Source: Octopus vulgaris (lineage: Eukaryota). From it: DNA of 64,000 nucleotides. The notes below the pieces were generated by a model, which had not been told where the DNA came from, did no database searches, and saw only the letters and a list, made by a program, of their open reading frames with translations. How positions within the stretch are numbered: position 1 is the stretch's first letter; the number at the start of each line of letters is the position of its first letter. Location: the NCBI GenBank assembly GCA_951406725.2, contig OX597821.1, positions 34,906,001 to 34,970,000 of the forward strand, given 5' to 3'. Positions 39,510 through 53,012 of this stretch are shown piece by piece. The translations under genes were made by a program, and so were the position numbers.

Positions 39510-40037
39510 AAAGTAAGTTAGGGGTTATGCGTGTAACCCACTAAGGGATAGTATTTATCCAATATACTGTTGGTAAAATACCCAGATTCTTAATATAAAA
39601 ATGTTTCTAATTGCAATGCAATTAACTCATTTATTGTATTAAACGGGTGAAGGTAAAGAAATATTTTTACTGTTAATTTATAATACAAATAAGAAAATGG
39701 AGAAACAAATTTAGTTTGTTCATCAACTTTCGGATATTATAATGTTGGATTATTTATTCATTCAACAAAATGAGAACCTTAATAGCATACATATATATCT
39801 TATAATTCAATACATATAAGATAAGAATACAAATTATAAAAATCGTAGTGGAGAAGATATGATATTGTTGTGGGTTCGTCCTAGGCAAAAAGTTAAAACA
39901 TTTTTGCCGATGACTCTCCCCGGACCCTAAGTAAGGTATGTGTAAAATTTGAATGAAATTGGTTGTGTAGTTCTCAAGTTTTAGGGAAACACACAGACAG
40001 ACAGACGGACACACATTCTCAGTTTTATATATATAAA

Positions 40038-40039
<2 letters not shown>
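39510..40039 (-). mobile_element. Non-autonomous Helitron-like element, left boundary uncertain
   Basis: Minus-strand start TCTTTATATATATAAAA...GTCTGTCTG like the 36444 element; candidate hairpin GGGTTATGCGTGTAACCC near 39522. Confidence 0.5.
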
Positions 40040-40079
<40 letters not shown>

Positions 40080-40685
40080 TAAATGTATTGTTATGGTTGT
40101 TTAGCTCCAGGCCAGCTCCCATTAAGCAGAATTATGATAGAATACGTTATAGCCTTGGCGATTCCAACCATCCTATATTCAGGCAATGTATCTGGGACCA
40201 CATTATACAAGGTAACCTTTTATTTAAGAATGCAGAGCGTAATTCTGCTGTTCCTAATCAGACTGAGCGATTTGGTAAAGGTCCTATCTTTGGCTGAGGA
40301 GATATGTACTTATTAGTGTATGTGTATACGTATTATACATATTATATCGTATCTGTATACGTGGGTACACTCGTGAAGGCGCGTGTCTACATTATTTGGT
40401 CTCGGAAGACTACTGATACGGAAAACATTAAAACAGATGTTAATTCAAACATGAAGGGAGATAGCAGGTTATGACAAGCTGAAAATGTAAACAAATACTA
40501 GCCTTACATATGGTGGGAAGTAACGCAAAACTTAAATGTCCATCGTAAAAAAGGAACGAGTGAATATAAATAAGCAAAAAAAAAAGACTTCTAAACCTAG
40601 TCTCGCAGAATTTATAACCGTGTCCTATGAACTTCGAATTATAACGCTACCAGAAATTGTCTACGAATATTGCTCGCTCCACCAC

Positions 40686-40719
<34 letters not shown>

Positions 40720-40748
40720 GTTTCTTCATCACATTAAATGTTGGTGTT

Positions 40749-40780
<32 letters not shown>

Positions 40781-41269
40781 GGTGTGTACACATACATACA
40801 TATAATACATATAATACATACATACATATAATACATACGTTCTTACATACACATATACATATATATATGTGTGTGTCTGTGTACGTGTGTGTGTCTGTGT
40901 CTGAGTGTGTGTGTGTGTGTGTGTGCCTGAGTGTCTGTGTGTGTGTGTCTGTCTGTATGTCTGTTGACGTGCGAAGAATGGAAAACAAGGGAAGTAATTG
41001 AGATGTGTTGTTTCATAGATACATTGATAAGACGTTTCAGACAGATGTTGCGAAAGATTAAAAGAAAAATAATACAAAATAATAACAACAATAACAACAA
41101 CAATAACAATGATGATGATAATGATGATGATGATGGTGATGGTGATGGTGATAAAACATCCTTCCTACGATGCGAGAGAAAGAAAGATAGAAGAAAGAAG
41201 GGGATCGAGAAAGAAACGTTGTTTCTCTGAAGAAAAGTGGGTGAGATATGAGTGGAGAAAGAGTAAGAG

Positions 41270-41290
41270 AGAGAGGAAGAGAGAGAGAAG

Positions 41291-41364
<74 letters not shown>

Positions 41365-41484
41365 AAGAGTGAGAGAGTGAGGGAGAGATAGATAGATAGA
41401 AACAGAGAGAGAGAGAAAGAGTGAGGGATAGATAGATAGATAGATACAGAGAGGGAGAGAGAGAAAGAGAGAGAGAGAAAGAGA

Positions 41485-41518
<34 letters not shown>

Positions 41519-41533
41519 AAGAGAGAGAGAGAA

Positions 41534-41566
<33 letters not shown>
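41270..41566. repeat. (GATA)n/(GA)n compound microsatellite
   Basis: Read directly from the sequence. Confidence 0.95.
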
Positions 41567-42041
41567 ATAGCAGCAGCGGCCAAGATAGCGTTAAAGACGG
41601 TAGCAAGATTAGAAAGATACTAGGGATGTAATGAAAAAGAGATGGAGAGGTCAGCATAGTCTGTAATGTCTGCATTCAGAATTGCGTTGGTTTATTTAGA
41701 ATCAAGTTCCGTTTATCTATTTGTTCTAAATTAGTTAGCCTGTTCGTTTAATATTTGATTAGTGGAATGCCAGTGAACTTGTTCAGTTACTACTTGGTTA
41801 ACTCTACTTTCCGTATTAACCAACTCCGCCTTCGCTCCATGATGTCATTAGGTCTACACTAAAAGCCATCGACATACACAGACCTGGAAACACTGAACCG
41901 TGTTTAGATAAAGAATCAACTTGGGAAAAGTACCTACGGTCGTCTTCTGTAGCTGACAAATTGTAGAGTGAATCTACGTTTTACTTATTGAACTGCAAAT
42001 ATACCCGGATATCACCTTGAAGGATTTTAGTCGAAAATATC

Positions 42042-42466
42042 GGATCTTTTCGGTTTGAACGGCAGTTTTTTCTAGCGGTATCATATGAAATTGTCACCCA
42101 TAATTATGAGCCTAGTATCGATCTATTGCATTTCAATCTATTTTAGGGTTAGGGCTAGTTAGGGTTAGGGTAGGGAGAAGGGTATCTTTTTTTCTTCACA
42201 AATGTAAATAAACCCAATCTGTTTCTTAAATGAGGGACATATTCATACGGCACAGAATGTTTATAACCTCAATACACGTCATTGATTGGTTGAAATTGCA
42301 GAAATTGAAGTAAAAAACAACAGATATCTTACAAACAATAGAATTTTCTCAATAAAGCCAAGAGAAAAAGATGTTTTATAAACACGTTCTACCAGTATAC
42401 GAAGTTTAAAATATTTTAGTTACCTAGAAATTATGTTAGAAACTGCCGTTCAAACCGAAAAGATCC
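42042..42466 (+). mobile_element. MITE (Merlin-like) with internal TTAGGG repeats, inserted into an old SINE B
   Basis: TIR GGATCTTTTCGGTTTGAACGGCAGTTT at both ends; 8-bp TSD AAAATATC at 42034-42041 and 42467-42474. Confidence 0.88.
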
Positions 42467-42714
42467 AAAATATCAACCTCACTACTTACATTTTAAAGCC
42501 TCGTAAATATTTTGTTGATTTTTATTTTGCCAAACCGCCTTGTTATGGGAACGTAACAATCCAGTATCGCTTGTCGAACAGTCGTGGGGTCAAATACAGC
42601 ATACGCTCAAAGATATACCCGCGTAAATATCTACACTCATATATGTGTGGTGTGCGTGTGTGTGTATGCACATATATGTGTGTGTATTATGTACGTATGA
42701 CACATACACGCATA

Positions 42715-42767
<53 letters not shown>

Positions 42768-42844
42768 GAATCTGCCATAGATATACATACATACATGCAT
42801 GCATACATATATATATACATACATACATATATTTATGTGTGTGT

Positions 42845-43062
42845 GAGGATGCGCAATGGCCCAGTGGTTAGGTCAGCGGACGCGTGGTCGTAGGATTGCG
42901 GTTTCGATTCCCAGACCAGACGTTGTGAGTGTTTATTGAGTGTTTATTCACCACAACTTTCTCTCACTCTTTCTTCTGTTGGCCTGCTCGCTGAAACAAT
43001 GCGAAGTGCACTGTGACCAGCGATGTGTAGCAGCATCTGATGACCTGGTCGGTCACGTGATC
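42845..43062 (+). mobile_element. SINE family C
   Basis: GCGCAATGGCCCAGTGGTTAGG head and GGTCACGTGATC tail. Confidence 0.85.
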
Positions 43063-43659
43063 ATATAATATATGTATATATACATACATACGACGGGCTT
43101 CTTTCTGTCTACCAAATTCACTCACAAATCTTTGGGCGACATGGGGCTATAGTAGAAGACATTCACAGTTAAGCAAGACCACATGGCTGGCATGTAGGCT
43201 TCTCATTGGCATGAAGGCTTCTCGTTGAGAAGCTTACGGTCGTACCTGAACTAATCAATTTGAAGTTTTCTTTGGTTGTTGATTCCTTAATGAAGTATTT
43301 AATCGTTTTCAATAAAGATTGGTCAAAATTTATCCATTTCTTTCTCTCTCCTAAATCATTCATATATATCCGTCCCTTTTATCCTCTTCATGCATAACTG
43401 TGTGATGAAGAAGTTTTCTGTATAACCACCTGGTTTAAAACACTATAGATAGCAGCCAAATCTTTATCAAATCATATAACCTAATTTCATAACGAAAGAA
43501 GGACTCACTGGGCTGTATACTTCATGATATATAAATAAACACGACGGTTGAAAATCAGCTGAAAATCATTTTATCATAGTGCTAGTGCATGCATATACAG
43601 CTGCATGTGTGCGCACATACACGCGAGTACTGTCCAAATCTCAGACCAATCACATACAG

Positions 43660-43907
43660 CTAGCTGGCATTCAATTGGCGTATCAAGTTTCGGGCATTTT
43701 GATTGGGTTTTGGATAGAAAATTCATAAAAAGTCACTTCTATTAATTTTTTAATGGCATTGCCGGGTGATTGGGGAAATGTAAAGATGCACGACCACCCT
43801 TGGACTGTTTTGAATGACCATAGAAAGTGTGAGCTCTCTAAGTGAAAAATTGTGGATTTGTATGAAGGACACACACACAGACATTTTGCCGTTTACATAT
43901 ATAGAGA
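43660..43907 (-). mobile_element. Non-autonomous Helitron-like element
   Basis: Minus strand 5'-TCTCTATATATG...GTCTGTGTG...CTAG-3'. Confidence 0.5.
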
Positions 43908-44315
43908 TAAACTGAAGCATAACACAGTCGATGTGAAGGGAGATAAACTTAAGCTAAACACAGACGATGAACCTGCACTACAAATAGCAAGAAAACCACA
44001 ATCGAGTTATCGTTACTGCCTTCATAAGCGATATACAAAACTCAGCAAGGTTAAAAATGGATGGAAGGCTTTCATCTTAAGGGTGTCCCTTCCGAGTAGA
44101 TCTGAGATATACAAAAGCACTAGAAATTATCGTTTGTAGTCAATGATAATTTAATAATTATCAAACTTTACACTGTTAGCTACTCCCTCGCCTTCATGTA
44201 TTTCACCATTTATACTTTTACTCTTAATCACGAAGTATAAAAGACTATGATAATTGTCAAAGCGAAATCTTTAAAATATCGTGTTATTACTATATATATA
44301 TATGTTAATATAACG

Positions 44316-44655
44316 TGACAGTCCCGTAAGGGAATTACCTCACTGCTGTTTAACCCTAGGAAGCATCGACGCTTCCTGTCGGCTTTGACACATTTCCTGT
44401 GTCCTTATATTTGCGAAGGGGGAGCAAGCCCCCCCCCCCCCCAGCTAGGATTCCAACCTGACAAGCATTTTAACTAGCAGGTTTCACTATCCTGTGCTGA
44501 TGACGGGAAAGAACCAGAAACATGCATGTTCTCAGGGGTGAATCCTAGCTGGTGGGGGTGCTTGCCTCCCCTTCACAAATATAAGGACACACATATGTGT
44601 CATACACACACACAGGGCTAAATAGCGGTGGTGTAATTCCCTTACGGGACTATCA
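44316..44655. mobile_element. Fold-back Penelope-like element (family H3) with a hammerhead at the loop
   Basis: Arms 44316-44468 and 44523-44655 are inverted (AGTCCCGTAAGGGAATTAC; TGTGTCCTTATATTTG.GAAGGGG; CCAGCTAGGATTC). Confidence 0.75.
44491..44536 (+). ncRNA. Minimal type-I hammerhead ribozyme motif
   Basis: cctgtg-CTGATGA-cgg-gaaagaa-cca-GAAA-catgcatg-TT-ctcagg; stem I 5 of 6 pairs, palindromic stem III ACATGCATGT, weak stem II. Confidence 0.6.
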
Positions 44656-44727
44656 TATATGTTGACACTATATAACCATTCTATCGCTCCACCACCGCTC
44701 ATGTCTCTGAGACATTTAGAAATTCAA

Positions 44728-44765
<38 letters not shown>

Positions 44766-44797
44766 TCTTACACAAAATATATGCTATTTATGTTTAT

Positions 44798-44828
<31 letters not shown>

Positions 44829-44923
44829 AACACACATATATATATATGCTGTACACACACAAACACATATATGTCTATATCTACCTATGTATCTGCCTGT
44901 CTGCCTATCTTTCTATCTATCTT

Positions 44924-44970
<47 letters not shown>

Positions 44971-44978
44971 CTATCTAT

Positions 44979-45017
<39 letters not shown>

Positions 45018-45070
45018 GAAGATACATATATATATATCTTTGTACATACACACGCACGTACATGCATGTA

Positions 45071-45147
<77 letters not shown>

Positions 45148-45621
45148 ATAAATACAGAAATACACATATACAATAGCAAGTGAATATATATCATTCTGAA
45201 GTAATCATGTGTGTGTTGACTAAATGCTTCCTCTAAACAATGGAATAAAAGTACGTCTTCCTTTAGAAGTGATAATAAGAATAAAAAAAGGATCCGAAAT
45301 ATAAATGCCTCGTTTAGATTCTCCAACTCTCACATCAGAAGCAGCAGCAGCAGCAACAACAACAAGCAGAAATAACTACACTAGCAAAACAATAGAGCAA
45401 TCACATGACGTATTCTTTCTCTTTTTAATGTTTAACTGAATGTTATTTTTATTGGTACAGTCGTTCCTTAATACCGTTATTTGCTAGTTGAACGGAAACG
45501 CAGGAAATTGTTGCGCAAATCACCGACATTCTTTGCTGCTGTTCTATGGAAGTAGTGAAGGGAAACAATGTGTCCCCTATAGATGTGTATTGTTTTGCTT
45601 CTAAAATGTATATCCGTACAT

Positions 45622-46730
<1,109 letters not shown>

Positions 46731-47772
46731 GTATTAAAAAAAAAACTGAGATCTGTTGGAAACAAAAAAAAAATATATTTCAATAAAAAGTGGGTGAATC
46801 CTTTGTAGTGAAAAAGTTTGGAAACCGTTGCAAAATATTAAGACAAAGTCTTTCGTTTAAGTTCCCTTTAAGTGTTACATGATGTTTTCAGTAACTTTCA
46901 AGCTTCAAGCCTACGTAAAAATAATTCCTGTTTGTATTTTGAAGGAATTTGCTATGTTTAACCATTTTTACCAAGGCCTGGCATTCCTGCACTTGTTTCA
47001 TCAAGTCGAATGACTTAAGTAATTATTTTGAAACAAACATCTTGTGGCAGCATTCGGTTGTTTTCTTTTAGGATAACGAGCTGTAAAGCACACCAGTGTT
47101 TGTTTGTTTGAGAACATCGTCAATAAGTTAAACGAATTTAACAAATGTTGAGTATTTGATTTATTTATTTATCCTATTTTTGTCATTCTTAATATCTTAC
47201 AGATCTTAAAGCTGAACGAAAAAAGAAATCCGGATTTGGAAACTCGTTCATTTATTTATTATCACGTTTTATTTTATTTTATTTCATTTATTTTATCTTT
47301 TTTACTCAGATTTATTTTTCTTCCTGCTTTATTTCCAGGATTTTCTCCTGTCAGAGACAGATGGACGTTTATCCAATGTTGATTCACGATATCCAATAAC
47401 AAATACCGAATAGGAATTAAAATAGGATGTCTTCCTTCGTTTACTTTTGTTTGGGTTTTCTTGCCTTGCTGTATCACAGAATTTAGGGTTAAACTCACAA
47501 ACATATTTGAGATCCGCGAAAGAGACAGGAAAATCACCAGAATATGCGAAATAGGTGCCACAAGTTATTGGAAATATATAAAAAAACAAAAACAAATAAA
47601 GACACAAACCATAAATCACAGGGAATTATTTAAAGTGAAATTCCATAGATGCTGAGGTATTCAGTTTGAAGCCTATGTGTCTCGAGATCAAATCTACTAC
47701 AAGACTGTGTTTCTCATCAGAACTAGATACGCCATGGTTCTTATCGATTTATTCCAGCAAATAAATCATAGC

Positions 47773-48201
47773 GAATCTTTTCGGTTTGAACAGCAGTTTT
47801 TAACATAATTTCTAGGTAACTAAAAAATTTTAAACTTCGTATATTGGTAGAATGTGTTTATAAAACATCTTTTTTTCTTGGCTTTATTGAGAAAATTCTA
47901 TAGTTTGTAAGATATTTGTTGTTGTTTTTTCTTCAATTTCTGCAATTTCAACCAATCAATGACGTCTATTGAGGTAAAAAATCATTCTGTGCCGTATGAA
48001 TATGTCCCTCGTTTAAGAAACAGATTGGGTTTATTTACATTTGTGAAGAAAAACAGATACCCTCTCCCCCACCCCTAATCCTAACTAACCCTAACCCTAA
48101 AACAGATTGAAATGCAATAGATCGATACTAGGGTCATAATTATGGGTGACAATTTCATATGACACCGCTAGAAAAAACTGCCGTTCAAACCGAAAAGATT
48201 C
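47773..48201 (-). mobile_element. Merlin-like MITE, copy 2
   Basis: Reverse complement of 42042-42466; termini GAATC/GATTC; degraded TSD (ATCATAGC / TCGATAGC). Confidence 0.88.
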
Positions 48202-48996
48202 TCGATAGCTTCTTGGGGAAGATTATGGGCTTCATCTCTACTTGGGAAACTAGTAGGAAATCACTCCTGGGTCGGGTCTGTTTCTGAAGAAATTACTGTA
48301 GATGCTATATGTTCCTACTGGCTGAGCATTTGTTTCTTCGATTAGCTGTCATATATTTAACAAGAAGTGTATAACGTATTCCAAATATTCCACAGAAGCG
48401 CACTCTTTTGGTGAAACAAATATTTCGAAGGTATAATTAGAGAGCTGATATTTCTATATTCCATCACTAATGTCACTATGAAAAAAAGTCTATGAATGCT
48501 ATGCTTTCTTAATCCTCTTTCCCATTAGATGCGAGTCGTTGTGCCCAACGATGTTAAAATATTAATTTGTTGATACGTCAGAGGTTTTTCCTCTCAAAAA
48601 AATGCAACACTGAAATAAAACTACACTGGTTTCAGTGTTGTTGTTTATGTATTTCGAATCGATAAGATAATACGCAATATCACCTGTTCAGAATCGATAA
48701 AACACATCGAAATATAATATGAGTAATTTATAAATTATTAATCCACCAATGACTAATATCAAGAGAATGAGTTTCGATCCATTTTCTGCTCCGTAACAAG
48801 TAAATAAGAGATAAGCAAAACATACAATTTTCATTCCTTAAGTAGAAATGCGGTCTGTGATAGAGTAATATTCCAGAATGTTTGCTATATATCTTCAACA
48901 TAGTAAAGATGAGACATGTTCAAGTATTTGCCTTGCTCAGAAATAAAACACAACGGGTTCCAAGGTTCAGGAAGTCTCTAATCTGATACCATATAC

Positions 48997-49314
48997 CGTC
49001 ACCGTCACCGTCACCGTGACTGACCAGGCTATCAGATGTTGCTACACATCGCCGGTCACAATGCGCTTCGCATTGTTTTAGCTTTCAAATGACGCCACCC
49101 CGCTGGCTAAGCGAGCAGGCCAACAGAAGAAAGAGTGAGAGAAAGTTGTGGCGAAAGAGTACAACAGGGATCGCCAACACTCCCTGCCGGAGGTCGTGGA
49201 GCTTTAGGTGTTTTCGCTCAATAAACACTCACAACGCCCGGTCTGGGAATCGAAACCGCGATCCTACGACTGCGAGTCCGCTGCCCTAACCACCGGGCCA
49301 TTGCGCCTTCACAC
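48997..49314 (-). mobile_element. SINE family C, full length, with (GACGGT)n tail
   Basis: Imperfect 10-bp TSD TACCATATAC / TACCTTATAC. Confidence 0.9.
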
Positions 49315-50257
49315 TACCTTATACAATTGGCTATATTGCGCCAAATTATTGCTGCAGACGGTCCTCAGTTTAGTAGTATAACCGATCGGTTATTGGCAAA
49401 TATTAGATCATCGGGAATATGTGGAGATAGAGAAAAGGAGTTACAGATACCAAAGTTTTAGGCCTTATCCATTTCATCACTCACTATTCTCTACCGATTG
49501 AAGTGACCGGCTGCAACAAAGTCGACTGCTTATCTTCGTTGCTGTATATGCTGAATGCTTAAGAACTCCCGCGAATTACAAGATGCAGCAAGACCCATCC
49601 AACCCATGCCAGCATCCCAAGTAATAAAATAAATACACACTTATGCATTTCCATACAAATACACAGCACACACACACACGCACAAACACATATACACACA
49701 CGCATGTATATGTATATGCATCTCTCTTTCTCTCTCTCTCTCATTCTCACTCTTCGTGTATGTGTGTGAGTGTGTGTGTGTGTGTCTGTGTGTGTGTGTG
49801 TGTGTGCGTGCGTAGCAGATTTCCTTCTCGCAAGAGACAGAGATAAATTAAAACAAATTTACTCTACTTTATTCCTTTCAGTATAGACCTCCAAACGACG
49901 TCGGCGGGTCTCATGGCGCAATTGATATGGTAATAAATTGACAAACCATTCTACTGGTTCCATATCCAACCGTGCTATAATCTAACAGCACCAAATACAC
50001 TACTGATATCCAATACACGATGCTCTAGATCTCCGTTAAAGTACATACACAGGTGAATAAGCTAAAGTGGGTATATATAAACTTCTTTTAAGAAAATTAT
50101 TTCCGTCTAAAGAAACATTTCATCTTAATTTACGCATGCCAGGAAACTAACTAGATTACATGAAGAAGTCTCTATGTGGTCGCTTTTTCGTGCTAGAAAG
50201 AGCAGCCAAATTCCGTTCACAATTAATACAAGTTACTGTCTTTAAACTGATTTCAAA

Positions 50258-50872
50258 TTTTTGTACAAGGCCAGCAAATTTCGAGGGAGTGGATAAGTCG
50301 ATTACATCAACCCCAAAGTTCAAATGGTACTTACTCTATCGACACCGAAACGATGAAAGGCAAAGTCGATCCCGGTGGAATTTGAACTCGGAGCGTAAAG
50401 ATCGACGAAATCCCGTTATACATTTTGCCCGATGTGCTAACGATTCTACCAGCTTGCCGTCTTTATCGTCTTATAATTTGAAAGATATATATCTTAATGT
50501 AGCTATGGGTATATTCTTTTCTACTCTAGGCACAAGGCCCGAAATTTTGGAGGAGGGGGCCATTTTATTAGATCGACCCCAGTACGCAACTGGTACTTAA
50601 TTTATCAACCCCCGAAACGATGAAAGGCAAAGTCGATCCCGGCGGAATTTGAACTCGGAGCGTAAAGATCGACGAAATACCGTTATACATTTTGCCCGAT
50701 GTGCTAACGATTCTACCAGCTTGCTGCCTTTATCGTCTTATAATTTGAAAGATATATATCTTAATGTAGCTATGGGTATATTCTTTTCTACTCTAGGCAC
50801 AAGGCCCGAAATTTTAGAGGAAGGGACCATTTCATTAGATTGACCCCAGTACGCAACTGGTACTTAATTTAT
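50258..50872 (-). mobile_element. Tandem SINE family A (tail b) copies including a 267-bp tandem duplication; host copy resumes at 51107-51160
   Basis: 50345-50605 is repeated at 50612-50872, including the non-SINE spacer. Confidence 0.85.
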
Positions 50873-51106
50873 AAGGCGGCGAGCTGGCAGAAACGTTAGC
50901 ACGCCGGGCGAAATGCTTAGCGGTGTTTCGTCTGCCGTTACGTTGTGAGTTCAAATTCCGCCGAGGTTGACTTTGCTTTTCATCCTTTCGGGGTCGATAA
51001 ATTAAGTACCAGTTATGCACTGGGGTCGATGTAATCGACTTAATACCTATGTCTGTCCTTGTTTGTCCCCTCTGTGTTTAGCCCCTTGTGGGTTATAAAG
51101 AAATAA
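50873..51106 (+). mobile_element. SINE family A (tail a), full length, inserted antisense into another family A copy
   Basis: 13-bp TSD GTACTTAATTTAT at 50860-50872 and 51107-51119. Confidence 0.93.
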
Positions 51107-51502
51107 GTACTTAATTTATGAACCCCCGAAAGGATGAAAGGCAAAGTCGACCTCAGCAGAAGGCTCCAGCACTTATTTTTAAGTCTGGAATTATTTCTTT
51201 TGATTCCTATAAGTGAACCGCTAGGTTACCGGGACGTAAACCAGTACAAAGACAGGCACGCATATTCTTCTGGACATATAATGTGAAATGAGTCAGTATT
51301 ATTTGGTAACACCATGCTCAGACAACCGAATTGGATTAGTTTCAACATTCTGTTAAAAAACTACTTCCCACTTCCGACTCTCCATACCGTTTTGTTCTGC
51401 AAAAACACAGCTATTTTGAGAGAATTTATTTGCGAGATGAGAAAGCAGAAATAAGAATCACCCATATATTTAATAAAACTTCTGAAATTGCTACCAGAAG
51501 TA

Positions 51503-51720
51503 CGAGGGGTATTGAAAAGTTCTTGGCTTTGGTTAAAATAAAATACAGGAGAATCAGTTAATTATGATCTCATTTAACATTTTCACATCTCAGATTAACC
51601 CACTTATTGCAGCGGTCCTTCAGTTTTTTTTTGCTAAGCCCTGTAAAATATCTCGGAAGTCTGAGCCTCCAGCCAGGCCTTTCGCGACATCTTTAAAGCC
51701 AAGAAATTTTCAGCAACCTG
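51503..51720 (-). mobile_element. Mariner transposon right end with transposase C-terminus
   Basis: TA-CGAGGGG terminus; minus strand KAWLEAQTSEIFYRA*QKKLKDRCNKWVNLRCENVK*. Confidence 0.75.
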
Positions 51721-52559
51721 TCGCAATACGATCGCCAAACTGCTTTCCCCACATTTCACCACAACCACCACCACCACCACACCGCCGCCGCCGCCACCAC
51801 CACAACTACAGCCACTTCCACAAATACCATTCTCTTGCATCAATATCATCCAGATACCTCTGCAACTATCGCCCCTACCACTGCCAATACTACTACAGCA
51901 ACCATCAGCACAACTACAACCTGAACTAGCACCACCACCATCACTACAACCACTACCATCACCACCACTACTACCACCACCACCACCATCATTACGACCG
52001 CTATCATTGTCACTACAACTATTACTACTACTACTACTACTACTACTACTATAAGCATTCAGCGCTATCTCTACTCTTTCATGATTTATTTTTTAGATTT
52101 ATTATTATTTCTTTTCATTTCTGTTTAGTTTAAATTCTGACAGTTCTGTGGCAAGTGAACCAATGTCTTTAAATTTCGGATTATTTGAAACACATGTCTT
52201 TGTACTTGGAACCCATATTCGTCAAATACACCGAACAACAAAGGCAACAACAACTACCATTACAAAAACAACAACGAGAACAACAAAATACATTACATTG
52301 CACAGAGGCGACGCAAAACAAACCTATTATAATACAGATTTTATATGCTTGGTGTGTATAAGTGGCAGAGGAAGAGAAATGAGAACAGCCTGGCTATTTC
52401 CTGATATACGTACACAGACACACACACATATATAAGTATGTACATACATATATAATATATATATATATATACCTATAATATATATAATATAAATATATGC
52501 GTATATACATACATATATGTACATACCTACATATATATGTATGTATACACATATGCATA

Positions 52560-52712
52560 TATGGGTACAGGACATAAAAAAAACGTTGAACACGATGAGA
52601 AACGAAAACATAAAAACAAAAACATAGAAACGAACTTTTTTTCGAGATATACAACATAAAGAATATTTCCCTTCTTCAGTTGTCCCTGTTTCACCTACTC
52701 TACGTTTCGAAT
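52560..52712 (-). mobile_element. Penelope-like fragment (family H4) with hammerhead-core remnants
   Basis: Homologous to 62140-62295 (CGAAA...GAGTAG...GACAACTGA.GAAGGG...TTCTTTATGTT...TCCTGTACCCAT). Confidence 0.45.
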
Positions 52713-52754
52713 ATATATATATATATAAATGTAGGACAGTGATACAACAATACA

Positions 52755-52808
<54 letters not shown>

Positions 52809-52954
52809 GTTTAAATATTTGTTGTGCAAGATTTTTTATGTGAAATCGTGTGTTGAAACATATTTTAGCCAATAAAAACACACGCACTATATATTTGGTG
52901 CTATTTTGCTTCAGTGTTATTGGCTAAACTGGCAAAATGACCATTCCGAAATAT

Positions 52955-53009
<55 letters not shown>

Positions 53010-53012
<3 letters not shown>

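Noticed and set aside
41025-41055. Hammerhead on the minus strand (GAAACGTC)
   Set aside because: No CTGANGA box or helix II upstream
42143-42175. Telomere or telomere-fusion relic
   Set aside because: The TTAGGG units are an internal part of a MITE present three times
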